A stretch of 64,000 nucleotides of DNA from an uncultured Anaerolineae bacterium (GCA_938049385.1 CALIBQ010000012.1:74131-138130), one strand, 5' to 3'; shown: positions 1 to 11,571, counted from the first letter of the stretch. A program made the numbers and translations. The notes: generated by a model from the sequence alone, not told the origin.

Positions 1-73
1 AGCCCAGCAGAGCGAAAAGCACGATAAGCACAAATGCCACTCGCCAGAATAGCTGCCCTGCAAGGGTGCGCAT
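1..73 (-). CDS. Partial CDS (N-terminus only, runs off the left edge): putative membrane protein
   Basis: Minus-strand ATG at 73..71 with AGGAGG 6 nt upstream (plus 74-85 cgctcacctcct); translated N-terminus MRTLAGQLFWRVAFVLIVLFALLG is hydrophobic and continues past position 1. Confidence 0.35.
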   Translation of the reverse strand, partial: MRTLAGQLFWRVAFVLIVLFALLG

Positions 74-101
74 CGCTCACCTCCTGTTGGCGGTACAAGC
101 G

Positions 102-131
102 GAAAAAATCAGGCGCCCAATCAGGGCGCCT
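102..131 (-). terminator. Rho-independent terminator downstream of the zinc-peptidase gene
   Basis: Hairpin aggcgccc-aatca-gggcgcct (111-131) followed on the minus strand by a U-run (plus A6 at 103-108), just 3' of the stop at 151-153. Confidence 0.5.
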
Positions 132-150
132 GTGTGCTGCGTCAGGGACG

Positions 151-846
151 TCAATCGCGCCGGCGGAAGCCGCCGAGCAGGAAGATGTAGTACAGCAGGG
201 TGGAAAGGGTCTGTGCCAGGGCCGCCACGTAGGTCAGGGCGGCGGCATCCAGCACGCTCTTGGCGGCGGCCAGCTCGCGGTTGTCCACCAGGCTGTACGT
301 GCGCAAAAGCTGGAGACCGCGCTGACTAGCGTTGAATTCCACTGGCAGGGTAACCAGGGCGAAGACCGCGCCGGCGGAGAATGCCAGCACGCCGGCCCAG
401 GCCAGGTTCGGCGAGCCGAACAGCAGTCCGATGAAGAAGAGCACCGGCCCGACCCAGGCCGCCACGGTCACCGCCGGCACCAGGCCAGAGCGGATGCGCA
501 AAGGCACATACCCCTGCGCGTCCTGCAGGGCATGCCCCACCTCATGAGCGACGATGCTCAGCGCCGCCACAGAGCGGCTCCGGGCCACCGCTGGAGACAG
601 GCGCAGGGTCTTACTGCGCGGGTCGTAGTGGTCGGTCAGCTCGCCCGGCGTGCCTTCAATGGAGATATGGTCCAGGCCCTGGCCGCGCAGTAATGCTTCG
701 GCCGCTTCTACCCCGCTGATGCCGCGGAAGTTCGGCTCTCGCAGATAGCGTGCATAGGCGGCCCGCACCTTCCACTGAGCGTACATGGCCAGCAGAAGCG
801 CCGGCAGTGCGAACACGAAGTACATCGGGTCCCACCAGAATACCAT
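151..846 (-). CDS. Putative zinc metallopeptidase (HEVGH motif, membrane-associated Zn-peptidase family)
   Basis: 231-aa ORF with HEVGHALQ zinc-binding motif and N- and C-terminal hydrophobic segments; AGGAGG upstream of start at 846. Confidence 0.8.
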   Translation of the reverse strand: MVFWWDPMYFVFALPALLLAMYAQWKVRAAYARYLREPNFRGISGVEAAEALLRGQGLDHISIEGTPGELTDHYDPRSKTLRLSPAVARSRSVAALSIVAHEVGHALQDAQGYVPLRIRSGLVPAVTVAAWVGPVLFFIGLLFGSPNLAWAGVLAFSAGAVFALVTLPVEFNASQRGLQLLRTYSLVDNRELAAAKSVLDAAALTYVAALAQTLSTLLYYIFLLGGFRRRD

Positions 847-900
847 GCTTCACTAATCCTCCTTCACAGCCTTCAGCTCATCTTATCCTGGCTTTCAGCT

Positions 901-1034
901 CGGACGCGGCTTGACGGCTGAAGCCACGGCAACAACTGCAAAGCCTGTGCAGACAGGCTTCGCGAAATCGGCGCAGGATGACTTCGCAGGCACAGCCGCA
1001 GTTTCAACTGCCAGGTGACTTTTTCCACACCCCC
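901..1034 (-). repeat. Copy A of a ~130-220-bp intergenic palindromic repeat family (4 copies in window; same orientation as copy D, inverted relative to B and C)
   Basis: Contains core ggctgaagccacggcaacaactgcaaagcctgtgcagacaggcttcgcgaaatcggcgcaggatgacttcgcaggcacagccgcagtttcaactgccagg and terminal ctttttccacaccc; near-identical to 62983-63138 and to the reverse complement of 46040-46245 and 51835-51980. Confidence 0.85.
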
Positions 1035-1047
1035 ATGATATAACAAA

Positions 1048-1085
1048 GCGCCAGTCTGGACAAGTTCCGCTTGTCCAGACTGGCG
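1048..1085 (-). terminator. Hairpin terminator downstream of dnaK
   Basis: 14-bp perfect stem ccagtctggacaag / cttgtccagactgg with loop ttccgc, 12 nt after the dnaK stop (1097-1099). Confidence 0.5.
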
Positions 1086-1096
1086 TTGGGACGGCG

Positions 1097-3007
<1,911 letters not shown>

Positions 3008-3073
3008 AGTGTATCCCTCCTATCTGATAACCATGATATGATTGCTATCCTGTGTCATGCCGGCGGGATGGTC

Positions 3074-3310
3074 TCAAGTCCGAGTGTCATCCGCGGTGTC
3101 CGCGCCCGGGTCTCGCCGCGGTACAATGTGGCCCTGCCCGCTGGCCCGGGCCAGTGGCAGGTTCTGATCCATGGCCGGCAGACGCGCGTAATCGCACGTG
3201 CACGGCCCCCCGCGACTGCATCCCACACAGCAGTAGACGGTGCCGCGGATGACCGTGGGACGCCAGGAAAAGACGATACCGCAGTTGGCACACTGCCATC
3301 TCGGCGTCAT
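3074..3310 (-). CDS. Small Cys-rich protein, bacterial metallothionein (SmtA/BmtA)-like
   Basis: QCANCG…YCCVGCSRGGPCTC resembles the YCCxxC…CxC hallmark of prokaryotic metallothioneins; start chosen at MTPRWQ (GAGGTGGAG just upstream); an alternative start is at 3331. Confidence 0.4.
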   Translation of the reverse strand: MTPRWQCANCGIVFSWRPTVIRGTVYCCVGCSRGGPCTCDYARLPAMDQNLPLARASGQGHIVPRRDPGADTADDTRT

Positions 3311-3377
3311 GCTCCACCTCTTCGCCGGCATGCGAAACTTCGCCCGCAGTGGGCTATTCCCATTGTATGCGGATGGT

Positions 3378-3419
3378 GTTAGAAGTATGCTAGAGATTTG
3401 TTAGAATTTCATTAGAGTT
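3378..3419. promoter_or_regulatory. AT-rich tandem ~22-bp direct repeat (GTTAGAA…TAGAG x2) upstream of the metallothionein-like/dnaK transcription unit
   Basis: gttagaagtatgctagagattt / gttagaatttcattagagttgc; an AT-rich island in a 67% GC genome, immediately downstream of the response-regulator gene and upstream of minus-strand genes. Confidence 0.3.
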
Positions 3420-3432
3420 GCAGAGGATACCG

Positions 3433-4170
3433 TCAGCCGGCCTCGGTCGGTTCGCGGCCGCGGCCGGCGCGCCGGCCGCGAAAGTCCACGAAACGGTACC
3501 CGATGCCGTGCTCCGTGAGGATGTATTTGGGGTTGGCTGGGTCCGGCTCGATTTTCTGGCGGAGATAGGTGATATACAGGCGCAAAAGCTGGTGATCATC
3601 GCGGTACTCGTGCCCCCACACTTTGGAAAGCAGCATCTCGTGGGTCATTACCCAGCCGGCGTTGTTGACCAGATGGTATAAAAGCCGGTATTCCGTCGGG
3701 CGGAGCTTGACCCGGTTTCCGCACACGATCACCTCGCGCTGGTCGAAGTCAATCTGCAGATCGTCATCTACCACTACCAGCCCCTGGGAGGCCGGCATGG
3801 CCGCTTCCGTACGCCGCAGTACCGCCTTGATCCTGCTGACCAGCTCGCGCGGGCTGAACGGCTTGGTGATGTAGTCATCCGCTCCCAAATCCAGCCCGCG
3901 CACGCGATCCTCCTCCTCGCCTTTGACCGTCAGCATGATGACCGGCACCGTGGAGAAACTGCGGATTTCCTTCAGCACCTCGAACCCGTCCATGTCGGGG
4001 AGCATGACGTCCAGCAGGACCAGGTCCGGCAGTTCGTTGCGCACCTTTTCGACGGCCTCGCGGCCGGCGTTCGCCTCGCTAACGCGAAAGCCCTCCAGCT
4101 CCAGGTTCATGCGCACGAAGCGCACGATGCGGGATTCGTCATCCACTACCAGGATATGACGCCTCTCCAT
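3433..4170 (-). CDS. OmpR-family response regulator (receiver + winged-helix)
   Basis: [12 protein letters not shown]…[13 protein letters not shown]…[17 protein letters not shown]; GGGAG RBS. Confidence 0.9.
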   Translation of the reverse strand: MERRHILVVDDESRIVRFVRMNLELEGFRVSEANAGREAVEKVRNELPDLVLLDVMLPDMDGFEVLKEIRSFSTVPVIMLTVKGEEEDRVRGLDLGADDYITKPFSPRELVSRIKAVLRRTEAAMPASQGLVVVDDDLQIDFDQREVIVCGNRVKLRPTEYRLLYHLVNNAGWVMTHEMLLSKVWGHEYRDDHQLLRLYITYLRQKIEPDPANPKYILTEHGIGYRFVDFRGRRAGRGREPTEAG

Positions 4171-4203
4171 CTTGACTCCCTTCCGCCCTCCGAGCAGGCC
4201 GCG

Positions 4204-5784
4204 TTATTCGGTGATGCGCGGCAGGGTGAAGTAGAAAGTAGCGCCCTTGCCGGCCTCGCTCTCCACCCAAATGCGCCCGCCGTGGGCCTCGATGATGGCC
4301 CGGCTGAGATACAGCCCCAGGCCGACGCCAGGAGTTTGCCGGCGCAGGCCGGAATCCACGCGGTAGAAACGCTGAAACAGGCGGTTCTGCTCCTCTTTCG
4401 GTATGCCGATGCCCTCGTCCGAGACGTACACCATCACCTCATGATCCAGCACGCGGCCGCCCACGCGAATGGTGCCGCCGCGCGGGGAGTACTTCACCGC
4501 ATTGTTCAGCAAGTTGTACAGCACCTGGCTGATGCGCTCCTCATCGGCGAAGACCGGCGGGAAGTCAGGCGGGAAGGCAAGCTCGAAGCGGTGCACGGAA
4601 GTCTGGGTACGCAGGCGGTTCACGATTTTCTCCGCCAGACGCGGCAGGGAAACGTCGGTCAGCTCCAGCTTCAGGCCGCCGGCCTGGATGCGCGAGGCGT
4701 CCAGCAGGTTGCTGATAAGCTGGTCCAGCCGATCGCTTTCCTCCTCAATGATGCGCAGTCCCTCGCGCACTGTCGCCTCGTCCCAATGTGCATCTTCCCG
4801 GCGCAGTGTGCTGGCGTAGCCTTTGATGAGCGCCACCGGCGTCTTCAGCTCATGGGAGATGACCGAGATAAAGGTGGACTGCAGTTCCTCGGCCTGGCGA
4901 AAGCGGGTGATGTCGTGCACATCCAGGATGATGTTCAGCAGACGGCCTTCCTCGTCCCAGAGCAGGGAATGGTTGATGCCCACGGAGACCTTACTGCCGT
5001 CCGGGCGGACGATATCTCCCTCTAGGTAAAGCGTCTCTTCGGCGCCGGCCGGCTCCTCCGCCTGCTCCAGCGCGGCGCAGACCCTGCCGCACAGCGGCTG
5101 TCCCTGGGCATTGACCGCATTCAGCACCTCCGCGCAGTGCCGGCCGACCGCATCGCCGGAACGCCAGCCGGTCATGCGCTCCAGCGCCCGGTTGATGACC
5201 TCTACCCGGCAGTAGGCGTCCAGGATCATGATGCCGTCGGCGCTGTGTTCGATGATGGCATCCAGCCGGCGCTTCTCCGCCAGCAACTGCTGGTACAAGC
5301 GGGCGTTCTGGATGGCGATGGCCGCCTGGTCGGCGAAGCTGGCCAGCACCTGCCGGTCATCCTCGGAGAATGCCAGGCCGGTGAGCCGAAAGACGTAGAT
5401 GACGCCGATAAGTTGGTCGCCGATCATCATGGGCAGGGCTACGACCTGACGCAGGGGCAGGCCGACGGCGGTGCTGACAAGATGGAGCCGCCAGGACAGG
5501 TCGGGGATGGTCCAGCCGGCCGATACGCCGGCGCCGGGAAGGACCGGGATATTTTCCAGCAGGGGAGTAAACAGGTGGAGCATCTGGGATGGAATGCCGT
5601 ACGCGGCCCGAATGCGGAACGCATCCTGGTTATCCCGCACAGCGATGAAGGCCGCATCGGCACCCAGGAGTTCCGCCGCGCTTTCCAGGACCAGCCGGAG
5701 CACGGCGCGCACATCCAGCCGGGAGGTCATAGCCCGGCTGATGGCCAGCAGATAATCTCGCTGTCGCAGTCGGTAATCGAGCAT
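4204..5784 (-). CDS. Sensor histidine kinase with GAF and PAS domains
   Basis: H-box SHELKTPV, N/G1/G2 boxes (LLNNAVKYS, DEGIGIP, GVGLGL); an alternative GTG start is at 5808. Confidence 0.85.
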   Translation of the reverse strand: MLDYRLRQRDYLLAISRAMTSRLDVRAVLRLVLESAAELLGADAAFIAVRDNQDAFRIRAAYGIPSQMLHLFTPLLENIPVLPGAGVSAGWTIPDLSWRLHLVSTAVGLPLRQVVALPMMIGDQLIGVIYVFRLTGLAFSEDDRQVLASFADQAAIAIQNARLYQQLLAEKRRLDAIIEHSADGIMILDAYCRVEVINRALERMTGWRSGDAVGRHCAEVLNAVNAQGQPLCGRVCAALEQAEEPAGAEETLYLEGDIVRPDGSKVSVGINHSLLWDEEGRLLNIILDVHDITRFRQAEELQSTFISVISHELKTPVALIKGYASTLRREDAHWDEATVREGLRIIEEESDRLDQLISNLLDASRIQAGGLKLELTDVSLPRLAEKIVNRLRTQTSVHRFELAFPPDFPPVFADEERISQVLYNLLNNAVKYSPRGGTIRVGGRVLDHEVMVYVSDEGIGIPKEEQNRLFQRFYRVDSGLRRQTPGVGLGLYLSRAIIEAHGGRIWVESEAGKGATFYFTLPRITE

Positions 5785-5987
5785 GGCAGGTCCCCGTCTT
5801 TGGGGCACAGCGCCGCTGTGCCCCTACAGCAAATCCCTATCGCACGACGCTGAGCACTCTAACACCATTCTTTCGCGCTCTCAAAAATCTCCCTTGCCGA
5901 CCGTGCGGATTCATTATACCATAAAGGATATCTGTTGGCGGATTACTGCTGGTGGATGTTTCTGCGCCTCGCGCACAGGAGGTGGAT

Positions 5988-6464
5988 ATGGCTTGGGTGC
6001 GGTTTGACCCGGACGGCATGCCGGCGCCTTCGCTGGACCTGCCGGCGGTTGGCGAGGCGGAGCTTGGGATCGCCGATTTTCGCGGCGTGTCCAGCCTGCT
6101 GGTGTTGTTCAGCCATGGGCCGGCCTGCGCCGGCTGTCAGGAGGCTGTGTCCTGTTTGGCCGAACGGGAAAGGGACCTGGAATTCGCCCGGGCGGAGGTC
6201 ATCATCGTCCTGCCGGCCGCGCCGGCGGAAACCGGAACCCTGCCGGCAGGCCGGCGGCTCCACTGGATCGTTGACGCAGGGGGTGCACTGCGTCAGGCAT
6301 ATGCCGGCCTGCTCCCAGATGCATCGCCAGATGCGGCCATGCTCTTTGTCCTGGACCAGTACGGCGTGCCCTGGGCCGGCTGGCACGGCGCGGAGCCGGC
6401 GGGTGAGCTATGTGCGGAGGGCATTGAGTGGCTGGAGTTCATCGCTCTCCAGTGCCCGGAATGA
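5988..6464 (+). CDS. Thioredoxin-fold protein (redoxin/AhpC-TSA-like, CxxC)
   Basis: LVLFSHGPACAGCQEAV motif; AGGAGG 6 nt before ATG 5988. Confidence 0.65.
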   Translation: MAWVRFDPDGMPAPSLDLPAVGEAELGIADFRGVSSLLVLFSHGPACAGCQEAVSCLAERERDLEFARAEVIIVLPAAPAETGTLPAGRRLHWIVDAGGALRQAYAGLLPDASPDAAMLFVLDQYGVPWAGWHGAEPAGELCAEGIEWLEFIALQCPE

Positions 6465-6605
6465 GGCTCGGCGGAATGGCCCGTGCGGCCATAAGGTGGA
6501 AGAGAGGCTCTCAGCGCCGGCTGGCGGGTTCCCTCATCAGTTCCTCTACCAATGCGCCAAGCGTGCGCACCGCTGGCTCAGCCGCCGGCGACCAGTTGGC
6601 GGCGT

Positions 6606-7964
6606 TCAGGCGGATGAAGTTGCGGTAGCGCTCGCTGGCGGAGAAGAGAAGATGTAGCCCGGGGTGATGGCAGTGCCGGCCCTGAGGGCGCGCCGGTATA
6701 ATTCCAGCGAGTCCACGTGTTCCGGAAGCTGGACCCAGAGGAGGAAGCCGCCGGCCGGCCGAGTGACGCGCGTGCCGCGCGGGAAGTAGCGCGTCACTGC
6801 CAGGGACAGCTCCGCCACGTTACGGGCATATTCGCGGCGGATGTGGCGCAGGTGGTGGTCATAGCTCCCGCTGGCCAGGAACTGGGCGATGGCCAGTTGG
6901 GGCAGGGTGGCGGTAGCCAGAGAAGAGGTATATTTGAGCCACTCCACCGCCGGCGCGAAGCGCCCCGGCGCCGTCCAGCCCACGCGGTAGCCCGGGGACA
7001 GGTCTTTGGAGAACGAGGAGCAGAGCATCACCAGCCCCTTGCGGTCGTAGGCCTTAGCCACGGTGGGGCGCTTCCCCGAGAAGTAAATTTCCCCGAAGAT
7101 GTTGTTCTCGATGAGCGGGATATCGTGTTGGGCCAGCAGGGCCACCAGCTCGCGCTTCTTGGCATCCGGCATACAGCTTCCCAGGGGATTGTTGAAATTG
7201 GAAATGACCAGACAGGCGCGCACTGGCGTGTGTTCCACGGCGAAGCGCAGGGCGTCCAGGCTGATGCCCTCGCGTGGGTGCGTGGGTATCTCCAATGCCT
7301 GCAGGCCGAGCACTTCTAGGGTCTGCAGGGCATCAAAGCAGATGGGTGATTCAATGGCGACGATGTCCCCGGGCCGGCAGACGGCACGCAGACAAAGGGT
7401 GATGGCCTCGGCACAGCCGGAGGTGATGATGATATCCGCCGGCGTGAGGTTACAGCCGGCGGCCACCATCCGCTGGGCGATTTGGACGCGCAGGGCATCA
7501 CAGCCGGCCGGCAGGGCATACACCCCGCTCTGCTCTCCCAGCTCGCGCGCGATGGCGCTCATGATGCGGTTCAGCTTGCGCGTCGCCGTCAGCGCCAGGT
7601 TGGGGTACGCAACACCGAGCTGTACCAGCCTGGGGTTCAGGGCATCGCGCAGAACCATGGTCACCAGGTCGCGCACGCTCACCTCAGCCGGGTCCAGGCT
7701 GGGCGCCGATATCTCTGGCTCAGGCAGGACCGCCGGCAGTGCCGTGCGCACATAAAAGCCCGAGCGAGGACGCGCCTCAATGACCCCGCGTGCCTCCAGC
7801 AGATAATAGGCGGTCAGCACCGTCGTAATGCTGACCTGCTTCTGCTGGCTCAACTGCCGCACCGAGGGCAGGCGGTCGCCGGGGCGGAAGATGCCGCTCT
7901 CGATCCAGCGCGTGATCTCGCCGGCGATTTGTTCATACGCAAAGGACTGCTGTGGATCGCCCAT
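6606..7964 (-). CDS. MocR/GntR-family transcriptional regulator with PLP-dependent aminotransferase-like domain
   Basis: N-terminal GntR HTH (RLPSVRQLSQQKQVSITTV) plus class-I aminotransferase fold (FSKDLSPGYRVGW, putative PLP Lys). Confidence 0.85.
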   Translation of the reverse strand: MGDPQQSFAYEQIAGEITRWIESGIFRPGDRLPSVRQLSQQKQVSITTVLTAYYLLEARGVIEARPRSGFYVRTALPAVLPEPEISAPSLDPAEVSVRDLVTMVLRDALNPRLVQLGVAYPNLALTATRKLNRIMSAIARELGEQSGVYALPAGCDALRVQIAQRMVAAGCNLTPADIIITSGCAEAITLCLRAVCRPGDIVAIESPICFDALQTLEVLGLQALEIPTHPREGISLDALRFAVEHTPVRACLVISNFNNPLGSCMPDAKKRELVALLAQHDIPLIENNIFGEIYFSGKRPTVAKAYDRKGLVMLCSSFSKDLSPGYRVGWTAPGRFAPAVEWLKYTSSLATATLPQLAIAQFLASGSYDHHLRHIRREYARNVAELSLAVTRYFPRGTRVTRPAGGFLLWVQLPEHVDSLELYRRALRAGTAITPGYIFSSPPASATATSSA

Positions 7965-8054
7965 ACTCTCATTATAGCGCAGGCACGGGGTGCTCAAAAG
8001 ATACAGAATCCCCTCGAAAGCATCAGTACAGTTTCCAAACAATCTCTTCTGTTA

Positions 8055-8085
8055 TGTAACAGATAGGATTTTCTGTATCTGTACA
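8055..8085. promoter_or_regulatory. Candidate operator: inverted repeat TGTAACAGATA-N10-TATCTGTACA in the divergent region between the MocR regulator and 8180 gene
   Basis: Imperfect 10/11-bp palindrome; GntR/MocR regulators typically bind such sites in their own divergent promoter region. Confidence 0.3.
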
Positions 8086-8179
8086 CTTCCCCTGGTCCCG
8101 GATACACTGATGATAGGATAGTGCCGTTCCCTATGAACATATTTCAACAGCCGGCGGTGCGGCCGGCAGGAGGTACATA

Positions 8180-8563
8180 ATGACCACATTCAAACCGAAA
8201 ACCAGCCTGGTGCTGACGGTGGCGAAGAAGCCTCGCTCCGAGGGAGTGCAGAGAGAACAATTGAGTGTGCCGGTGGTCAACCTGCGCCAGGGGATGATGG
8301 AGCGGATAGAGCTGTCCGCCGGCGAACTGGTGCGCCTCTCGGGTGCGAACCGCTGGCGCATCCTCGTGTGCCGGCGGGGACGCGTCTGGGTAACCCAGGA
8401 AGCCGATGTCCGGGATTACGTGCTGGAGCCGGGGCAGATGTTCGTCATCGCTCAGCCCGGCACGGTCATCCTCCAGGCGCTGTGCGAGGCGGAGTTGGTA
8501 CTGACGCCGGCCCTGCAGACCATCCCCTATCGCGGCCGGTACGAGGACGCCGTCTTCTCATGA
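8180..8563 (+). CDS. Hypothetical protein (possibly DUF2917-like), divergent from the MocR regulator
   Basis: 127-aa ORF with GGAGG RBS; no confident family assignment. Confidence 0.6.
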   Translation: MTTFKPKTSLVLTVAKKPRSEGVQREQLSVPVVNLRQGMMERIELSAGELVRLSGANRWRILVCRRGRVWVTQEADVRDYVLEPGQMFVIAQPGTVILQALCEAELVLTPALQTIPYRGRYEDAVFS

Positions 8564-8584
8564 CAAAAGGGGTGCGCCGGCCGT

Positions 8585-9205
8585 TCACTGCGCCGGCGCA
8601 CCGATAAACTCCTCATACAAGTCAGCGAACACCGCCGGCGCTACGGCGTATATCTGGCGTAGCATCTCTTTCGCTAGCTCTCGGATCTCCCACTGCGCGT
8701 CCTGCCGACAGCGCACGCGGAAGAAATGCCGCAGTTCGCGGAAGTTCATCGTCACCACGATGCGGGTCGCCGCGGCGTTGGGCAGGAGGAATCTGCTGTC
8801 CTCTTTACGCACCCCCCGTTCTCGCAGTTTGCGGTAGGCTTCCCTGGCCTGCTCCATGAACTCGTTCCAGATTTCCATGGCGGCCGGGTCGCCGGCGACA
8901 GCCGGCGGCACCACAAATTCCGCGTCCGACATATCCACGTAGCGCTGGGATTCCTGGGAATAGCTGGCCAGGCGGTGGCGCACCAGTTGATGCGAGCAGG
9001 CGCGCGAGATGCCCGTGATGTAAAAGGTGGCCGAGGCATGCTCGATGATGGATTCATGCCCCTCGCGCACGCGCTTCATGACGAAATCGCCGGCGTCGCC
9101 GCGCGGCGCACTGCGGTAGCAGACCCGGCCGGCGAACTCCAGCAGTTCCACCGGCGTGCCCCCGCCCTTCAAATAGCGCGTTAAGGCGATCAGCTCAACC
9201 TGCAT
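8585..9205 (-). CDS. thyX: Flavin-dependent thymidylate synthase ThyX
   Basis: ThyX motif RHRLASYSQESQRY; AGGAGG RBS; lies 30 nt downstream of the SdhA-like gene on the same strand. Confidence 0.85.
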   Translation of the reverse strand: MQVELIALTRYLKGGGTPVELLEFAGRVCYRSAPRGDAGDFVMKRVREGHESIIEHASATFYITGISRACSHQLVRHRLASYSQESQRYVDMSDAEFVVPPAVAGDPAAMEIWNEFMEQAREAYRKLRERGVRKEDSRFLLPNAAATRIVVTMNFRELRHFFRVRCRQDAQWEIRELAKEMLRQIYAVAPAVFADLYEEFIGAPAQ

Positions 9206-9234
9206 TATCCTCCTCCTGGCAGAGGGAAGCACCC

Positions 9235-10866
9235 TCAGCGGATCTTGCGCGTGTAGTCGGGCAGGACCTGGGGCGAGGGCTTGGCGGTTTCCAGCAGGCC
9301 GGCCTGCGCCAACTGCTGGTTCCAGGCGCGCACATGCTCCAGGGTCAGCCGGCCCAGGCGCACCTCTTTCGCAAGCTGGCCGGCGGCGCGGCCGGCGCGC
9401 CGGCCGAACACCACCACGTCCAGCAGGGAATTGCCCATCAGGCGGTTGCGGCCGTGCACGCCGCCGGAGGCCTCGCCGGCGACGAACAGGCCCGGGATGC
9501 CGGTGAAGCCGTCCGGCCTGATGGCGACGCCGCCGTTCTGATAGTGCAGGGTTGGGTAGACCAGCATGGGTTCTTTGGTGATATCAATGCCAAAGCGGCC
9601 GAACTGGCGCACCATGGCCGGCAGTGCCCGGGCGATGGTACCCGGACCGTGAATCATGTCAATCATGGGGGAGTCCAGCCAGACGCCCACCATGCCGGTG
9701 GGGGTGCGTACCCCTTTGCCGCGTTCCACACACTCACGGATAATGGCGGAAGCCTCCACATCGCGCGTCTCGCGTGGGAAGACGAACTGCTCGCCGTCCA
9801 CATTCACCACTTGGGCGCCCAGGCCGCGCACCTTTTCCGTGACCAGCAGGCCCAGTATCTGCTCGGGGTACGCCGCGCCAGTGGGGTGATACTGCATGGT
9901 GTCGATGAAGGCCAGCCGCGCGCCGGCGCGGTAGGCCAGCACCAGCCCGTCGCCGGTAGCGCCGTGGTGATTCGTGGTCGGGTATCCCTGATAATGCAGG
10001 CGGCCGCTCCCGCCCGTGGCGATGATGGTCGCCTTGGCGCGCACCACCAGATGTTCGCCGGTCTCCAGGTTTTGGAGCACTGCGCCGGCGACTTGCCCTT
10101 TATCGTCCATCAACAGCTCGATGGCCGGCGAGAATTCCAGCACCGTGATGTCCTCGGGATGACTGCGCACCTCATCCCGCAGAGTGCGCATGATTTCCGC
10201 GCCCGAATAGTCGCGTGCCGAGTGCATGCGCTTGCGCGAGGTGCCGCCGCCGTGGATGGTGATCAGCGTCCCGTCCGGCTCTTTGTCGAACATGCACCCC
10301 AAGCTCTCCAGCCACTGGATGACCAATGGGGCGTCGCGCACCAGCGCCTCCACCAGGTCGGGGTCATTGACGAAATGGCCGCCGCCCATGACGTCCAAGT
10401 AGTGGATGGCCGGCGAGTCGTTCTCCTTGTCCGCCGCCTGGATGCCGCCCTGGGCCATCATGGTGTTGGCGTCGCCGTGGCGGAGTTTTGTGGCGATGAT
10501 GACCTTGGCGCCTTGCTCGCGCGCCAGCAGCGCGGCGGCGGAGCCGGCGCCGCCCCCACCGATGACGAGCACGTCGGTGTCATAATCCACCTGCTCCAGG
10601 TCCAGCTTGTCCGGATCGATCAGCGGCCGGCCTTCCAGCAGATCGGCCAGCTCGTGCGGCGTGCGGTCCCCTTTGTTAGGCCCGATGCGGATTTCGCGGA
10701 AGGCCGAGGCGATATAATCCGGGTGGAAGCGGCGCAGAATCTCCTCCTTCTCCTGGGGGGACATCATGGGGAAGGTCTCATGCAGGCGCGCCGGCCGGCT
10801 CGCTTCCACCTTCTTGATGGATTCTCGCATTTCGGGCGGATAGCCCATCTTGCCATCCCATTCCAT
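9235..10866 (-). CDS. Succinate dehydrogenase/fumarate reductase-family flavoprotein (SdhA/FrdA/TfrA-like) with ~95-aa N-terminal extension
   Basis: VLVIGGGGAGSAAA FAD dinucleotide fold, MQYHPTG, RNRLMGNSLLDVVVFGRRAG signatures of SdhA/FrdA flavoproteins. Confidence 0.85.
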   Translation of the reverse strand: MEWDGKMGYPPEMRESIKKVEASRPARLHETFPMMSPQEKEEILRRFHPDYIASAFREIRIGPNKGDRTPHELADLLEGRPLIDPDKLDLEQVDYDTDVLVIGGGGAGSAAALLAREQGAKVIIATKLRHGDANTMMAQGGIQAADKENDSPAIHYLDVMGGGHFVNDPDLVEALVRDAPLVIQWLESLGCMFDKEPDGTLITIHGGGTSRKRMHSARDYSGAEIMRTLRDEVRSHPEDITVLEFSPAIELLMDDKGQVAGAVLQNLETGEHLVVRAKATIIATGGSGRLHYQGYPTTNHHGATGDGLVLAYRAGARLAFIDTMQYHPTGAAYPEQILGLLVTEKVRGLGAQVVNVDGEQFVFPRETRDVEASAIIRECVERGKGVRTPTGMVGVWLDSPMIDMIHGPGTIARALPAMVRQFGRFGIDITKEPMLVYPTLHYQNGGVAIRPDGFTGIPGLFVAGEASGGVHGRNRLMGNSLLDVVVFGRRAGRAAGQLAKEVRLGRLTLEHVRAWNQQLAQAGLLETAKPSPQVLPDYTRKIR

Positions 10867-10890
10867 AGCGTAAGCTCCTCTCTGGAGGCC

Positions 10891-11571
10891 TTATTCAGGT
10901 TCAATATCGCGAGTGTTGTAGAGCTGGCGCAGTTCGGCGTTGGAAAGCGATTTTAGGCGCTGGATATCCTGGTCGTAGAGGCCGGCCTCGATCTCCTGCA
11001 CGCGCTTGGCCAGGTGCTGGGCGCGCGGGGCGATGTATCTGCCGTACAGCCGGCGGGCCAGGATGAAGATATTGTACTGCGCCTCCTCCGCCGGACAGCG
11101 CGAGACACACATGCCGCACATGATGCAGTCGAAGGATTTGTCGGCCACGCCGGCGATGTCCCCGCGCATGGCGCGCGCCATAATGTCTTTGACATCCAGC
11201 TCCTGCGGGCAGACCTTGGTGCAGGTCCCACAGCCAAGACAGCGCAGTAGCTCCGGATACAGCGAGACCAGCGTCCCAAAGGTGGGCTGTAGTTGGGTGA
11301 TATCGTACTGGGCGCGCGGGGCCGGGTAGAAGGGGATCTGCGCCAGGTACATCCCCGGCTCGACGACCGTCTGACAGGCCAGCCCGACGCGCAGGCGGTA
11401 ATCGCCGGCCAGGCGGTACACCGTGGCGCAGGCGCCGCAGAAGCCGGCGCGGCACCCCACGCCCCGCACCAGACGGTAGCCGGCATACTCCATTGCCTTC
11501 ATGATGGTCAGCCCGGGCGGGACATCATAGCGCTTGCCCATGATATAGACGGGAACCAGCTCCTCAGCCAT
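10891..11571 (-). CDS. SdhB/FrdB-like iron-sulfur subunit (2Fe-2S + 4Fe-4S ferredoxin domains)
   Basis: CRAGFCGAC (plant-type 2Fe-2S), CLGCGTCTKVCP and CIMCGMCVSRCP cluster motifs; GGGAGGAG RBS; stop overlaps the RBS of the next gene. Confidence 0.8.
   Translation of the reverse strand: MAEELVPVYIMGKRYDVPPGLTIMKAMEYAGYRLVRGVGCRAGFCGACATVYRLAGDYRLRVGLACQTVVEPGMYLAQIPFYPAPRAQYDITQLQPTFGTLVSLYPELLRCLGCGTCTKVCPQELDVKDIMARAMRGDIAGVADKSFDCIMCGMCVSRCPAEEAQYNIFILARRLYGRYIAPRAQHLAKRVQEIEAGLYDQDIQRLKSLSNAELRQLYNTRDIEPE

Noticed and set aside
34-693. 219-aa plus-strand ORF at the window start
   Set aside because: It overlaps the well-supported zinc metallopeptidase (HEVGH) on the other strand and has no motif or RBS support.
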